DNA from: Lepidodermella squamata
Lineage: Eukaryota; Animalia; Gastrotricha
Reading direction: 5' to 3'
Assembly (NCBI GenBank): GCA_047495785.1
Contig: JBLDXI010000042.1
Coordinates: 3,224,001-3,288,000 of the forward strand
DNA length: 64,000 bases
A program made the translations under genes and the position numbers. Below, piece after piece: positions 11,842 to 25,300 of this stretch. Numbering within the stretch: position 1 is the first letter of the stretch; every line of letters starts with the position of its first letter. The notes under the pieces are model-generated. The model saw only the letters and a program-made list of their open reading frames with translations, did not search any database and was not told where the DNA came from.

Positions 11842-14351
11842 TCAATTGTTCCGCACTGCTCCATCCTTACCCGGCGGCGAGACCTGCTGAGGCAGCTTCT
11901 TACTCTTATCCGGGCTAGGATTTCTAGCTTCGTACATCTTGATCAACTCGATGATATCGTCACGGCCGGCATTTTTCGCGTCGTCAACAGGCGTGCCGCC
12001 GAAGGGATCGCGTGGTACCGGGTTAACGTTGCACTCCTTGAGCAGAAACTCGACTACTTCGAAGTTGCCTTCGGCCGCTGCTAAATGCAACGCCGTTCGC
12101 CCGTCGTAGTCGGCTTCGTTCATCACGACGTCACCGAAACGGTAGTGGAACCGGCGAAGGGCTGATAAATCGCCTCGAGATGCGTTTGTAAGCAGAGCAT
12201 TGATTTCAGAAGCCTGAAATTATGAAAGTACAGCTTTTTAGAAAAATTAGCGGCTAAAATCTTGGAAAATTTGATTTTCAAGGCCAGAAAAAAATCATCG
12301 AAATCATCGAATGGAGAAATTTTTCAATTTCTCTCAAAATTATTCAAAAATTAGTTATAAATTTCCGAAAAATTGAAAATTAAAAAATTGAAAAAAATTA
12401 AAAATAAATATTAATAAATGTTCCAGGAAAGAGGAAATCGTTATTTTCTTACCTTGTTGTCGATTTCGCACCGCCGTGGGTCTTCCTTGAGCTTGCTTCG
12501 GCTGGCCAGCGAGTCGTACTGATGAAAGTTGAACTTCTCAATCATCGCCTCGCAAAATTGAAGACCGCGAACGCTGTTTGCCGAATCGTCAACAAGAGGC
12601 GAGTAGAGACAGAAACCGGCCACATTAGGTACAACAACTAGAATAACACCGGAAATTCCAGATTTCGCCGGCAGGCCAACTTTGAACGCGAATTGCCCTG
12701 CAAAATTCGAAAAATTAAGCTTTACAAAATAAAAATTTGGGGGAAATATTTGCAACATTAAATTGAGGTTCAAGCGCTAAATTTTGTTTTCCGTCCTTGA
12801 GCTAAATTTTTCCGACTTTTATTCTTTATCCTGAGGTCCGTCAAGACTCTGGTACCATCAATTAATTTTGGTAGAAAATGCTAATCTTAGCTTCCAAGAC
12901 CTCTGATATAGGCAAAATCACTGATTTGTAAAATCGATTCTCGGAATCGATATCGGCTCCAAAGGCTTAAATATCAGTCCCAAAGTAACTGCTCGAAAAC
13001 CCTATTTCGAAACTCTTTGCGAGCTAGTGCCTCAAATTTAGGGTGTCCACTATTACCCCAATATTATAATGGAATTTTTTAGCCTGATTTTTATTCGTAC
13101 TGGGCTTCGAGCTAAAGGGTTAAAATATTTGTAGAATTTTTTAGAAAAATTACCACTGTAGTCTGTCATGCCGCAAGAAAGCATCAGAGACAGGGTGTCT
13201 CGAACAGCCTCGCCCTTCAGAACCGTATCACCAGTCAGCGGGCAAATACCGCCATTAGCTAAGGTAGCCGCCATAACCGCCGCTGATTCGGCCGTAACTT
13301 CAACCGAACAGCATTGAAAGTACAAATCCATGGTATCCTTCAATTTCGCCTCCTTCGGGAAAACTTTGTTCTCCTGCAGATAATAGCCTAACGCGAAATT
13401 TCGATTCGCAGCCTGACGTTCCGATAAGAAAGTTGCGTTGCTAAAACCAACAAACTGCCCGCCAGCGATTCGCTTATACTCGTTCAATATGTAATCGAAA
13501 CGATCCGATAACGCGTCCTTGGTTTTAATCAGCGAAATCGCCGCAATTGACCCGGAATTAATCATCGGGTTATGCGGCTTTTTATCCTGATTCAACGTCA
13601 GCGCGTTGAACGTGTTGCCACTGGGCTCTAGGCCGATATGAGCGTGAACTTCCTCGGTGGACAGGGTGCTTAGCGCCAGGGCGTAGTTCAAAGGCTTGCT
13701 GCCTGATTGCAGGCAAAACGGCTGCGTTGAATCACCGATCGAAAATCGCTGCCCGTCGATTGTGCACACGGAAACGGCCCACAGCTTCGGGTCATAACGG
13801 GTCAATTGCGGGATGTAATTAGCTAAATGGCCGCCGTTGTTCGATTTGCATTTCGCGTACAGTTCCTTCACCTTTGACGTGAAGTGTTGGAACTCGGGGA
13901 TGACCAATGCGCCGGTGAAAGCTTGGAAAATCAGCTTTTCTTCCTCCTGCACGCACTCGAAGAAGTCGTCGCGTGTCAGATAGCAGGCTTCGTAAGCGAA
14001 TGTCTCGTCGTCGAGAGGGTCGAGAAATGACATGGCTTCATGAGCTGATTTGCTGCATGCCGCGTTTAATTTGAGGAAAAAACTGCGAAGGCGCGGGTCA
14101 TTTGGCAGCAGACCATTTTGATAAAGAACCTGGAGAAAAATTAAATAAATTGATCACAATCATACTTTTAAAATTTCAGAAGGAATTAAAATTAAAATTA
14201 AATAGGTAATTAAATTGAAATTTTCTATAATTTTTCTCTTATTAAATTTGAAGCTTACGTTGAGAAACTTGGCAACAGGAACTTGTCCAGTTTTTTCGTT
14301 CCTCATGACTTGATAAAGGCGTTCCAGCCTGGCTTCAGAGTTGTCGAGCAT
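11842..14351 (-). CDS. GLS: Glutaminase paralogue 2 (divergent active site), 4 exons
   Basis: [37 protein letters not shown]|[16 protein letters not shown], ankyrin [15 protein letters not shown]; exons ~14351-14259, 14129-13154, ~12697-12453, ~12213-11842. Confidence 0.9.
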
Positions 14352-15995
14352 TTTCTCAGCAAATTTTTGTTAACGAAATCTCTAGAAAAAATCTCAACTT
14401 GAGTGTCTGAAGGTTAAATAAACAAGAGAAATGAAGCTCATTACCACGGTTTGAGCTAAAAGATTTGACAAGATGATAATTACTTGTATTCGTGTTGTAA
14501 GTAATGAGTAATGACGCGATTTCATTTCCCCTTGATTAGAATTCTCTCTAGGCTGGCCACGTGTGAAAACAGCATAAAAAACGGCACGAGTCGGTGGACT
14601 TTTGCGCATTTGAAAAGCGTGCGAAGCGCTTGAACAAAAAAATCGTTATGACGCGAATGAGTTTTTTACTCTCATTCATCAGCCTTAATAGAACGACAAT
14701 GCGTCAGACGCCGAGTAATTAATTTTTGGAATTCTCTATGAAAAATTGTAAAAAAAATCTGATTGAGTAGAATTTTATCGCCGTAGTCATTTCAAGGCCA
14801 GACGAAAATCGTCTAAAATGTATTGAGGATGAAACAGCTAAAAAATTAGATAAAATAGATGCGAAAAAAGTAATGACACAGGATTTCCTAATAAATTGTA
14901 ATTATATTCCTAGCATATGGTATGTCGAGCTAATAAAATCTGCGCAATGCCCCACCGATGTGGCCTAATAACGTATAAACAAACCCTACCGAGATGTGTG
15001 TGGTTCGGTTTTTTCATGCGCCGCATGTGAATGCCGTTTACGTCATCATAGCAGTCTTTTACCTAACCCGTAATGAAGAAAAAACTACTCTGCAATGAGA
15101 AGAAAAAACGTCTACCAGCTGGCGTAGCGGCTCAACTCGATTTTTTACATGAATAATGAATAAAACCGATAATTTTCTGGCACAGGTAGATTTTGGGTGT
15201 GGTGTTTATGGGATTTTTTTACAAAAATAATCAGAGGATAACGAAGCTGTGGCCTGTTTATTGTTGTGTTGATGATTCATTTCAGGTTCAAATTGTGTAC
15301 TTTGACCTCTTGGCAATATGCCAATTTTTGATGCGCACTGTCCAGAATCAGGTCATGTTCGCCTTAAAAATGAAGTGTATTTTTCGAGGGAATAAAAAAC
15401 TTGAAGTGCTGAAATTTTTCAAATTAATAACGTAAATGAGTATTCGGAGTTTCAGATGTTGCGTATTTTTTTTTCATTTTTTTATCGTGCTTTAATTTTT
15501 ATGAACGAAATTCTAACGAAGTTTATCCGCGATTCACTTTATTTTGAGATTTACCTGCTCTAACTAATTATTCATTCATTCCGTCTAATGAGTAATGAGT
15601 TGATGTTAATTACAGCCTTGATGATTTGTCTCTTTGTTTAACTGCCTCTTGTCAAAACGCTGAAAACGCAGTAGGCCGGCATATTTGCGCGTGCTTTCTC
15701 CATTACTGGCATTGTGCAGTTGATAGCGGTTAACAATATAATTTAGGTAGTAGGTAATAAGGCAAGTTACACTCAAGCATACTTGGATCGTGTTCAAACG
15801 CACGGAAATTTCGTAAATAATTTTACAATATCGCGTCTGTAGGTATAACTTGTATGCTTAAAACAGATGCGCCTGGTACGCGTCGCTTAGTTATACAGTA
15901 TACTGGATAGCAAATGCACTCATGATGAATAAAACAAACGAAACAGAAAACAGTTTTTGGCAACTTTTGTCCGCTCTCTTCGCGAAAATTGCACC

Positions 15996-16456
15996 ATGGT
16001 GAATACGGTCACGATTGGTTTCCTCGTTATCACACTTTATATCACAAAGCCAGGTAATTTGTGGTTACGTAAAATTTTCCGTTGCCATTTTTTTTTCAAA
16101 ATATTTAAGGAGGAATTTTTATTAAACAAAAACTATTACTTTCAGTTTCTGCGATTTCGTGTTACGTTTACGGCGCTTTGGCGGATGACGTCACGAAGGC
16201 GAACGTGGTTTCTAACTGCAGATCCTGCGAAAAAATGGTGATTCAATTCAACACGGGCGCCATCGTTTACCAGCGCAGTTGTACGGCAGCCAGTAGTACG
16301 AATGCTTGTTCAAGTGGCGGGGACATTCTCATCGCTGGTGGGACTGTTACTAGCTGTCTATGCGACACTGACAAATGCAACTCAGGTAGCCAGCATCGCT
16401 CTGAACTCGTGATAGCTTCTGCGGTTTTATACATTTTCTTGAGTTTATTTGAATAA
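15996..16456 (+). CDS. Ly6/uPAR three-finger (quiver-like) GPI-anchored protein, 2 exons
   Basis: Signal peptide MVNTVTIGFLVITLYITKP, intron, then ISCY...CRSCEK...RSC...C...CLCDTDKCN (8 Cys, C-x-C-x4-CN end) and a hydrophobic GPI tail LVIASAVLYIFLSLFE. Confidence 0.8.
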
Positions 16457-16480
16457 AATTCGACGTTTTAATTTGCTTTT

Positions 16481-16520
16481 AACACTGTTGCAACAACTTG
16501 TGGCCCTGAAAAGGGCCGGT
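16481..16520 (-). promoter_or_regulatory. Histone H3 3' element: stem-loop plus conserved downstream element
   Basis: Minus strand ACCGGCCCTTTTCAGGGCCACAAGTTGTTGCAACAGTGTT; AATAAA at 16449-16444. Confidence 0.95.
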
Positions 16521-16558
16521 CGGTGTGAGATCTTCAGTGAACTGGTACGTCAGATCGC

Positions 16559-17550
<992 letters not shown>

Positions 17551-17596
17551 GATCATCCTCAATCGACTACTCTCAACATCAGCGTCTTCAGCCCTA

Positions 17597-17636
17597 ACCG
17601 GCCCTTTTCAGGGCCACAAGTTGTTGCAACAGTGTT
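17597..17636 (+). promoter_or_regulatory. Histone H4 3' element: stem-loop plus conserved downstream element
   Basis: Same 40-mer as H3; stem-loop GGCCCT-TTTC-AGGGCC at 17600-17615; AATAAA at 17661. Confidence 0.95.
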
Positions 17637-18454
17637 TGAAAGTCTCAGTACGTGTTTTTGAATAAATAAATTGTTGGTTGCCACATTCACGCTGTCATTC
17701 ACATTGAACAGCAAAGTTCTCCCTTGTTGTTACCGACTGCCGTTTCTGCCGTTCTGATTGTGGGCAGTGTTTCGAGTAAAAATAACTTAACGCTTATAGT
17801 CCTAGTTGCAAAAAAGTTCGAGAAATGTTAAGCAAATGCCCTTGTGAAAATCGGTTCCACAGAACTGACAAAAAGTGCAGATTGCACCAAATTGCTGCTT
17901 AATTCGACACCTCCACTAGAGAGACGTGTCGTAAAACATCGAAGGCACAATTATTTAAATGCATGAGTCGTGACAAATAATAAACAGTTTTGGTGGAAGG
18001 GTCTTATTGAAAGCAGAAACGAAATTGCCTCTTGCGGAACCACGTTTGACCGGAAGCGGCCCAAATTTATATAATTGACTCACCAGAACTGCCTTCTCTG
18101 ATTTTTCTTGAATTTCGAGATTGAACAATAATTAAACTTATTAATATTCAAATAAATAACATCGAAATTCTTCGTGATTTCCGATGAAATAAGGCCTGGT
18201 TCTCCCTTTCGGCACAGTGATGATCTAAAATAACCGTTCATAACTTTTTCATTCGCGTGGCGGATCGGAAAGCATCAAGTGTTTTATTACGACTTGGCTG
18301 AAACGGCTGAAACGAATTGGTCTGAAATTATTGCCTTGGTATTCATTCATGAACCGATTTTCATAAGCAATGAATTCATTTGGATCTGTATGCCTGGGTT
18401 TTTGTGATGTTTCTTTGGACATTTTATTCAATATCAATTCAAACGAGTAAAGAA

Positions 18455-18494
18455 AACACTGTTGCAACAACTTGTGGCCCTGAAAAGGGCCGGT
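18455..18494 (-). promoter_or_regulatory. Histone H2A 3' element: stem-loop plus conserved downstream element
   Basis: Same 40-mer on the minus strand; AATAAA at 18428-18423. Confidence 0.95.
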
Positions 18495-18531
18495 TCATGC
18501 TTTTTGAAAAGCTGCTGGATGACGATGTCGC

Positions 18532-18975
18532 TTATTGAGATTGGCTAGCGGCGGCCTTCTTCTTGCCACCAGTCGCCGGCTTGGCAGCGGGTGCCTCGGC
18601 CGACTTCTTGGGCAGCAGGACGGTCTGGATGTTGGGCAGAACACCACCTTGAGCAATCGTAACGTGCGACAGCAGCTTGTTCAACTCCTCGTCGTTGCGG
18701 ATGGCCAGTTGAATGTGGCGAGGCACGATGCGAGTCTTCTTGTTGTCACGAGCGGCGTTACCGGCCAACTCGAGGACTTCCGCAGCCAGGTACTCCATGA
18801 CGGCGGCGAGGTACACAGGCGCACCTGCACCGACACGCTCGGCGTAGTTACCGCGCTTCAAAAGACGGGTGATACGACCGACCGGAAACTGGAGACCAGC
18901 ACGCGATGACTTTGTCTTGGCCTTCTGGCGGTTAGCCTTGCCTCCCTTTCCACGACCAGCAGCTGGAGCGGACAT
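18532..18975 (-). CDS. H2A: Histone H2A with an extended H2A.X-like C-terminal tail (...[10 protein letters not shown])
   Basis: [56 protein letters not shown]; 147 aa; intronless. Confidence 0.98.
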   Translation of the reverse strand: MSAPAAGRGKGGKANRQKAKTKSSRAGLQFPVGRITRLLKRGNYAERVGAGAPVYLAAVMEYLAAEVLELAGNAARDNKKTRIVPRHIQLAIRNDEELNKLLSHVTIAQGGVLPNIQTVLLPKKSAEAPAAKPATGGKKKAAASQSQ

Positions 18976-19379
18976 TGTTGATGATGTTGTTTAGTTTTAA
19001 AAACGGAAAGAATGCGAAATTTGCAGTCTGAGCACGAACAATTTTGCCGAGCACCTGATTTTCCCTCATATACCCCGCGCTGGCATTAATTTCCCCGCTC
19101 GAGCAACAATTTGAAATTTCAAAAACTGTGTTTACTGCTTTATTAGCCAATCAAATTGCGTACTTTTGCCGCGCGCGCGTCTTTACAACTCTAGCTCACG
19201 TTTTATTGGCTGCGAGGCACGTGCGCGTCATAATTTGAACCGGCGCGCTCGTTAGCGCAACAGGACGCGCGCACTAATGCCGACCGGATGTTAAAAGGAA
19301 TGCGAAAGTGCGCGCCTAGATTGTTCGGAAGTTGTAATAATTTTTGCTTTATCACCGCTTACAATCTCAATCAATCATC
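18976..19379. promoter_or_regulatory. Bidirectional H2A/H2B promoter
   Basis: CCAAT at 19147, ATTGG at 19205, AATTTGAA at 19108 and 19232, CGTTAGCGC at 19250. Confidence 0.65.
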
Positions 19380-19754
19380 ATGTCGCCGAAGGTTACTGGT
19401 AAAGTCGCTTCGAAGGGATCGAAGAAGGCCGCGAAGCCGAAGACCGCTGGCGAGAAGAAGAAGCGCCATCGCCGCCGCGAGTCGTACAACATCTACATCT
19501 ACAAGGTGTTGAAGCAGGTTCACCCTGACACCGGCATCTCCGGCAAGGCTATGGCCATCATGAACTCGTTCGTCAACGACATCTTCGAGCGCATCGCTCT
19601 CGAGTCGTCGCGCCTGGCTCACTACAACAAGAAGGCCACAATCAGCAGTCGAGAGGTACAAACGGCTGTTCGTCTTCTCCTGCCTGGTGAGCTCGCCAAG
19701 CACGCCGTCTCGGAAGGCACCAAGGCCGTCACCAAGTACACCAGCTCGAAATAA
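19380..19754 (+). CDS. H2B: Histone H2B
   Basis: [25 protein letters not shown]...[26 protein letters not shown]; ATG at 19380. Confidence 0.99.
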   Translation: MSPKVTGKVASKGSKKAAKPKTAGEKKKRHRRRESYNIYIYKVLKQVHPDTGISGKAMAIMNSFVNDIFERIALESSRLAHYNKKATISSREVQTAVRLLLPGELAKHAVSEGTKAVTKYTSSK

Positions 19755-19789
19755 GCCACGAAGACATCAACATCGTCTTCTGACTCCGA

Positions 19790-19829
19790 ACCGGCCCTTT
19801 TCAGGGCCACAAGTTGTTGCAACAGTGTT
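19790..19829 (+). promoter_or_regulatory. Histone H2B 3' element: stem-loop plus conserved downstream element
   Basis: Same 40-mer; stem-loop at 19793-19808; AATAAA at 19850. Confidence 0.95.
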
Positions 19830-20319
19830 AATTTGTCAAATTGCGTTTTAATAAAGTAAAATTTGAGAGAAATTCTCTAACAGTGAAATTATCTTCCAGA
19901 ATGAATCCGGCCATCTAACATGAAAGCCGCTTTTTCGATGTTGATTAGAATTTTCGAGCTTTCCACGTCTGGGAATGATGCAAGATCATATTTCATTGGC
20001 TATATGCCAAATTTTTGGGAAGATTTTACCTTCTTTTAAAAATTGGGATAAAACGCTGAATTTCCACAGCTGGGTGCGTATCAAGACAAATGGCATGGAG
20101 CATAGAGTTTTATTGAAAATATAGACCGTGATCAAGTCAAGTAATAATTTCAGCCGGAATTAAAGGGCTTAACGAACGCAACATTTTTCAAGCAAATTAT
20201 CCACACCGGGTTTTGCCTTAGAGTTCAATTCCACCGGTAAGTCAGACAACAATAAATCCTAATTATAACCGGCGGAAAAAATAAAGAGAAATCAAGCAGT
20301 CATTTGTTTCAGATAATTT

Positions 20320-22347
20320 TCAGGCAGTAGCAGCAGTTGGTTTCATGACAACGGTAGTTTTCTCTTGCTTGTAATACGGCTCCAAGTACTTGACAAGTTC
20401 TTCGTTATTTCCTTTCTTGGCGTCTTCCAATGGCGTTCCACCATAACGATCCTTAGAATTCGGGTTCACCTTGCACTCCTCGAGTAAAAACTTGACAACT
20501 TCAAATCGATTCTCAGCCGCAGCTAAATGCAGCGCCGTTCGACCGTCGTAGTCAGCCAAATTCATGGATTCGTTGCCGAATTTATTGCGGAATCGACGCA
20601 GGGCAGAAACGTCGCCGTTCGCGGCATTCGTCAACAGCGCGATGATTTTCTGCGCTTGCCTAGCAATGGAGGCATTTCGCGGGTCGTACTTCGAGTCGTC
20701 ATCGGTCAACCCGTCGTAATTGTGAAAATTAGTAATGCGAACAAATTCTTCGCAAAATTGAACGCCGCGAACACTGTTGCCAGAAGCGTCGAGCGGCGGC
20801 GACCACGTGGCGATGCCCATGACGTTCGGAATAACGAGTAAAATGATGCCGGAAACACCTGACTTTGCAGGCAGACCGACTTTAAATGCGAATTGACCTA
20901 GAAAAAGACAAAACAACAATAAAAAAAATTTTTATTTCGGCGCAGATCAAACCTGAATAGTCGTACATTCCGCAAGACAGCATCAGCGATAGGGTGTGGC
21001 ATACGGCCTCTCCACTGATAGCCTGATCACCGGTTAGAGGACAAACACCTAGAAAATAAAGAAAATAAAGTAAATATTATTATAGGTAGGCCAAGAAAAG
21101 TAATCGTTCAAAAATTCTAAACATTATTCAATAATTCTGAAAAAGTTACTAAAATAAGAAAAAATTGTAATTTACCGCCATTAGCAAGGGTAGCGGCAAT
21201 AACTGCAGCTGATTCAGCGGTGACTTCGACGGAGCAAAGTTGGAAATAGAGGTCAAGTGTGTCATTGAGTTTAGCCGCCTTCGGGAACACGTGATTCTCC
21301 TGCATGTAATAACCCAGCGCAAAGTTGCGATCGGCCGTTTCGCGCTCAGATAAAAACGTCGAATTGCTGAAGCCGATAAATTCACCGCCAGCCATGCGAC
21401 TGTACTGCTTTGTAACTAATGAAAAAAAAACAATTTAAAATTGCAAAATAATGATGCGAATAAAATAAAATAAAAATAAAAATTCCTCCTTAAAAATTCT
21501 TTTTAGATGAAAATTCAAGATTAAATTCAACAAGAAGAAAATAAAATTGTGACATTCCGATGATTATAATGCTTACCGAAATCGAAACGATCGGCCATAG
21601 ACAGTTCTGTCTTGAGCAAGGAAGCCGTCGCAATGGCGCCTGAATTAATCATCGGGTTGTGCGGTAAATTGTGCGTATCCAAAGTCAGCGCATTGAACGA
21701 CCGACCGCTAGGCTCACGGCCCACGTGCGAGTGAACTTCATCCGAGTTCGAAATATCCAAAGCAATGGCGTAATTCAACGCTTTGCTCGTCGATTGAAGG
21801 CAGAAAGGCATTTCGCATTCTCCGACTGAAAATCGCTGACCGTCGACGGTGCAAACGCTAACGCCCCACAAATTCGGGTCGTAGCGAGCTAGCTGCGGGA
21901 TGTAATCCGCAACTTTACCGGCCGTGTTCGATTTGCACTTGTTGTAAATTTGCGTGATGGTTTTTGAGAATACGTCAAATTCAGGCAGAATGAATTCGCC
22001 GTTCAGAGCGCGGAAAATGAAATCTTCCTCAGCCTTGACGCAGTCGAAAAATTCCTCCTTCGACAGCTGCAGAGCTTGATAGACGAAAAATTCATCGCTA
22101 GGATCGATCAAAGCAGCCTCGGTGTAAGCGTTGAGGTGCTGGAAAAAGTTGGTTAGCCTAGGGTCGGTTCTGCGAATTCCACTCGTGAATAGAAGCTGGA
22201 TTAAATAGACAAAATTACTTCTGTAATTAAATTTTAATAGGTAACTCGTACATTCAAAAATCGAGCGACTGGAACTTTGTCATCCTTTTGATTTTTCAGG
22301 ACAACATAAAGGCGATCAAAGCGTGAATCGAAAGTTTCTTTCGACAT
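20320..22347 (-). CDS. GLS: Glutaminase paralogue 3, 5 exons
   Basis: [14 protein letters not shown] first exon; [33 protein letters not shown]|[16 protein letters not shown], ankyrin repeats. Confidence 0.93.
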
Positions 22348-25300
22348 TTTGCTGATCAAGTAATTTAATCTATAATAAATAATAAAATTAATTGAATAAT
22401 TCAGTCGAGTGCTCTGAAAAGATGGCACTGCCGCGGTCAAGCTATTTTTATGATTTTTTGCCTACCCGGCTGTAGGTAGGTTTCATGCTTGGATTTATTC
22501 TACGTCAACAAGTAACGCGGCTTGTTAAAGCAAGAACTTAAGGTGACGTCAATTTTTTTCGTGGTCACCTGCATGGTGGTGTGGCGGAATTGAAAAAACT
22601 TCTACCTTTCATGGATAGACACACGTTAACATTACAAGAAGTGAGCGCGTTTCGTTTAAAGTGAAAAAAACTGTTGTAATTGAGCAAGATCTTTGATGTT
22701 GTATTACAGCCTGGAGCGGTAGCATTTTTTATTACAAAGAGCCATTAACTGGAGGTAGGTAGATGACCTTCTGGGATGACGACTTCATCGTAAAAATTTA
22801 GAAGAATTGATTGAATGAAAAAATCCAATCCGGAAATATTAGGTCATATTCCTATTGCTGATATCATTTATTTCCACATGGAACATAAATAAGCAGCGCA
22901 AAAAGTGAAAAGCAGAGATGTGGATACTGAAAAAACTGGCACAGTAAAAAGTGCAAATAGAGTTTACATGCAAAGCTGCCACACCCATAGCAAGCCTGAA
23001 TTATAGCAGCATTACCTGGTATTATTAGGTATGTGCTTTACTATAGCCGCTTGCCTTAGGTAAGTATTACGTATAAATGAAATAATGCTCTGCAATGGTA
23101 TAAATTATGTGTGTATGTGTGTGTGTGGTACATTTTTTGCCTCTACCACAAACATTAAGTTGTGAAGACCGCTCGCTAGTGGGTTATGACGAAGAGCTGT
23201 GCGCTGCTAGAAATGAAAGCAATAAAAAAAGCGGCCCACGTCAATCATAGCAGAAAACGTGCCAGCCACACCGTAAATTTGTGGTATACATAATAAGATC
23301 AGCGTGGTTTTTCAGCAGTGATGACAAGCATTGATTGTGCTGCGTTTCTTCCTTCGCCTGCCAAAAATATGGAAAGTAGGTCACTAGCGAAAATGCGACC
23401 TAGATCAGCCATATTTTTTATTGATTATTAAGGCGAATCGTTTGATTAATGTTTTTCTACTTGACGTGAACTAAACCCAATCGATGAATGTACAAGCGAA
23501 CAAATTCAGCGGAGTTTTTTTTGCCAAGTTTCAGCGGCACGAGCCACTTTTCCAGTGTTCATTTTCCACATTATTTCTCACCAATGAGGCAGAAAAAATG
23601 AATTGAAAAAATGGCTCCTGCTTAAGAGCCACAGCCCGATGATGGTGATTACAGTTTAGATTGGAAATTCACAAACATTATAAGAAGCTAGCTCTCTGGA
23701 GCAACAGTGGTAGTAATCGTTGAGCAACTCAGCATTCATTTTACGAATCGAATTTTAGCTTCACTTTTTGAGGAATGATGAAGTACGCTTCCGCGCTTTC
23801 AGCAGTGGTTCGAAGAAAAATAAAATTAAATAAAATTGAAATTAATGGAATCCGTTATCTTCACATTCTCAAAAACTTCCCGCAAACTGTGTGACATTGG
23901 AAACAAATCGCATAATGCTCCAAAGTATCGATCAGACTTGGAAATAAAGCTTATGCCTATTTGAACCCTCTGTCGACTTTGTCTCATTTCACTTCGTTAT
24001 CATCATTTTCGCTTATTATCTTCTGCAATTCTGCAAAAAATTGAAGTTCCTGTTCGATGATTCAGCCAAGCTTTAGCTAGGTTCCTAAGCCCTCAAGGTT
24101 GAATGGACTGCTGCACAAATTATTTTTTAATCAGCGGGGGTTCCTCTATTACTAATGAACCTGAACCCTATGTGTAAGAAAGCTCGGCTATCGTAATTGT
24201 TAACCAATTTTTATTATATTTTTTAATGACGACAGGATAAGGCCAACAACAGCAGCCGCATTGGCCCAGTAGGTATCATGTCGAGAAGCGTGACATGCCG
24301 CAGCTTAAAACGCCGCTATTCAAGGAAATGCGGCGTGGAAAAATTATGAAAAAAATACCGCATAAATACGCACGCGTATGGTATGTAACGATGGTATCGT
24401 GTTAATAATTTGGTATAATATCACGAGTTTAAAATCCGGGTACAACACTCATTTGAGGACAGCAAAGTGATGACAATTAACCACTTAGAGGTGTAATGTA
24501 AATAATACTTGGGCTAGGAAGCAGTGCATGATTGTAATTGCACGAAGTCGCTCGAGGTCATTTTTAACTAGTAAACTCGACTCCCGTGTTTTTAATGAAA
24601 ACTAAATTATCAAATTAACATCTCGTGCTGCGGTGTGTTCATTATTTTCTTGGTGTATTCTTGAGCAGCCGTTCCAGGAGACGCCTATTTGTTTTGAATC
24701 GTCCGCCTCAGTGCGGAAAAGTCGGCATTTCTTCGAGCCAATCCAAGAAAATTGATGAGTGCAACGCCTGAAATCATCCGTGTTTGTTTTATTCAAATTT
24801 TCAAATTCTAAATTTAATTCTAGATGACACCTTTCGGCGAAAATAAAAAGATATTTTTCCTGAATTTTTAGTTCAAGTTTGTTTAGATGCGCACAGATGA
24901 GATTTTTGAGATGTGCGCACGCGCCATAAAAAATTGCGCGAAAACGATGTTTTCCTCAAAATCACGTCGCTCATCTCTGAAAATATACACGCGCGTATGA
25001 AAACACTACCTGTGCCAACTTTACGCCCCCGGAACAACACCAGAAATAATGTAAATAACAGGTTTTTAAGGGTCATTTCCTGCCAAATTGTTATTAATAA
25101 ATATTTTTCTCATTTTTTTTAACAAGTTTTGTTCAAGAGTTTTCCGAGTTGCACTCGTAGTTAGGCACGCGCGCTGAACTAAGCCCATGTGCCGGGTGAA
25201 GGTGGGATAGAGTGTTACTGAACCTATTGTTGTTTACCTGGCGCGATGGAGTGACTATCCACGCCTGTGGGATTGCATTTATATTAATATATCGGGTGAA

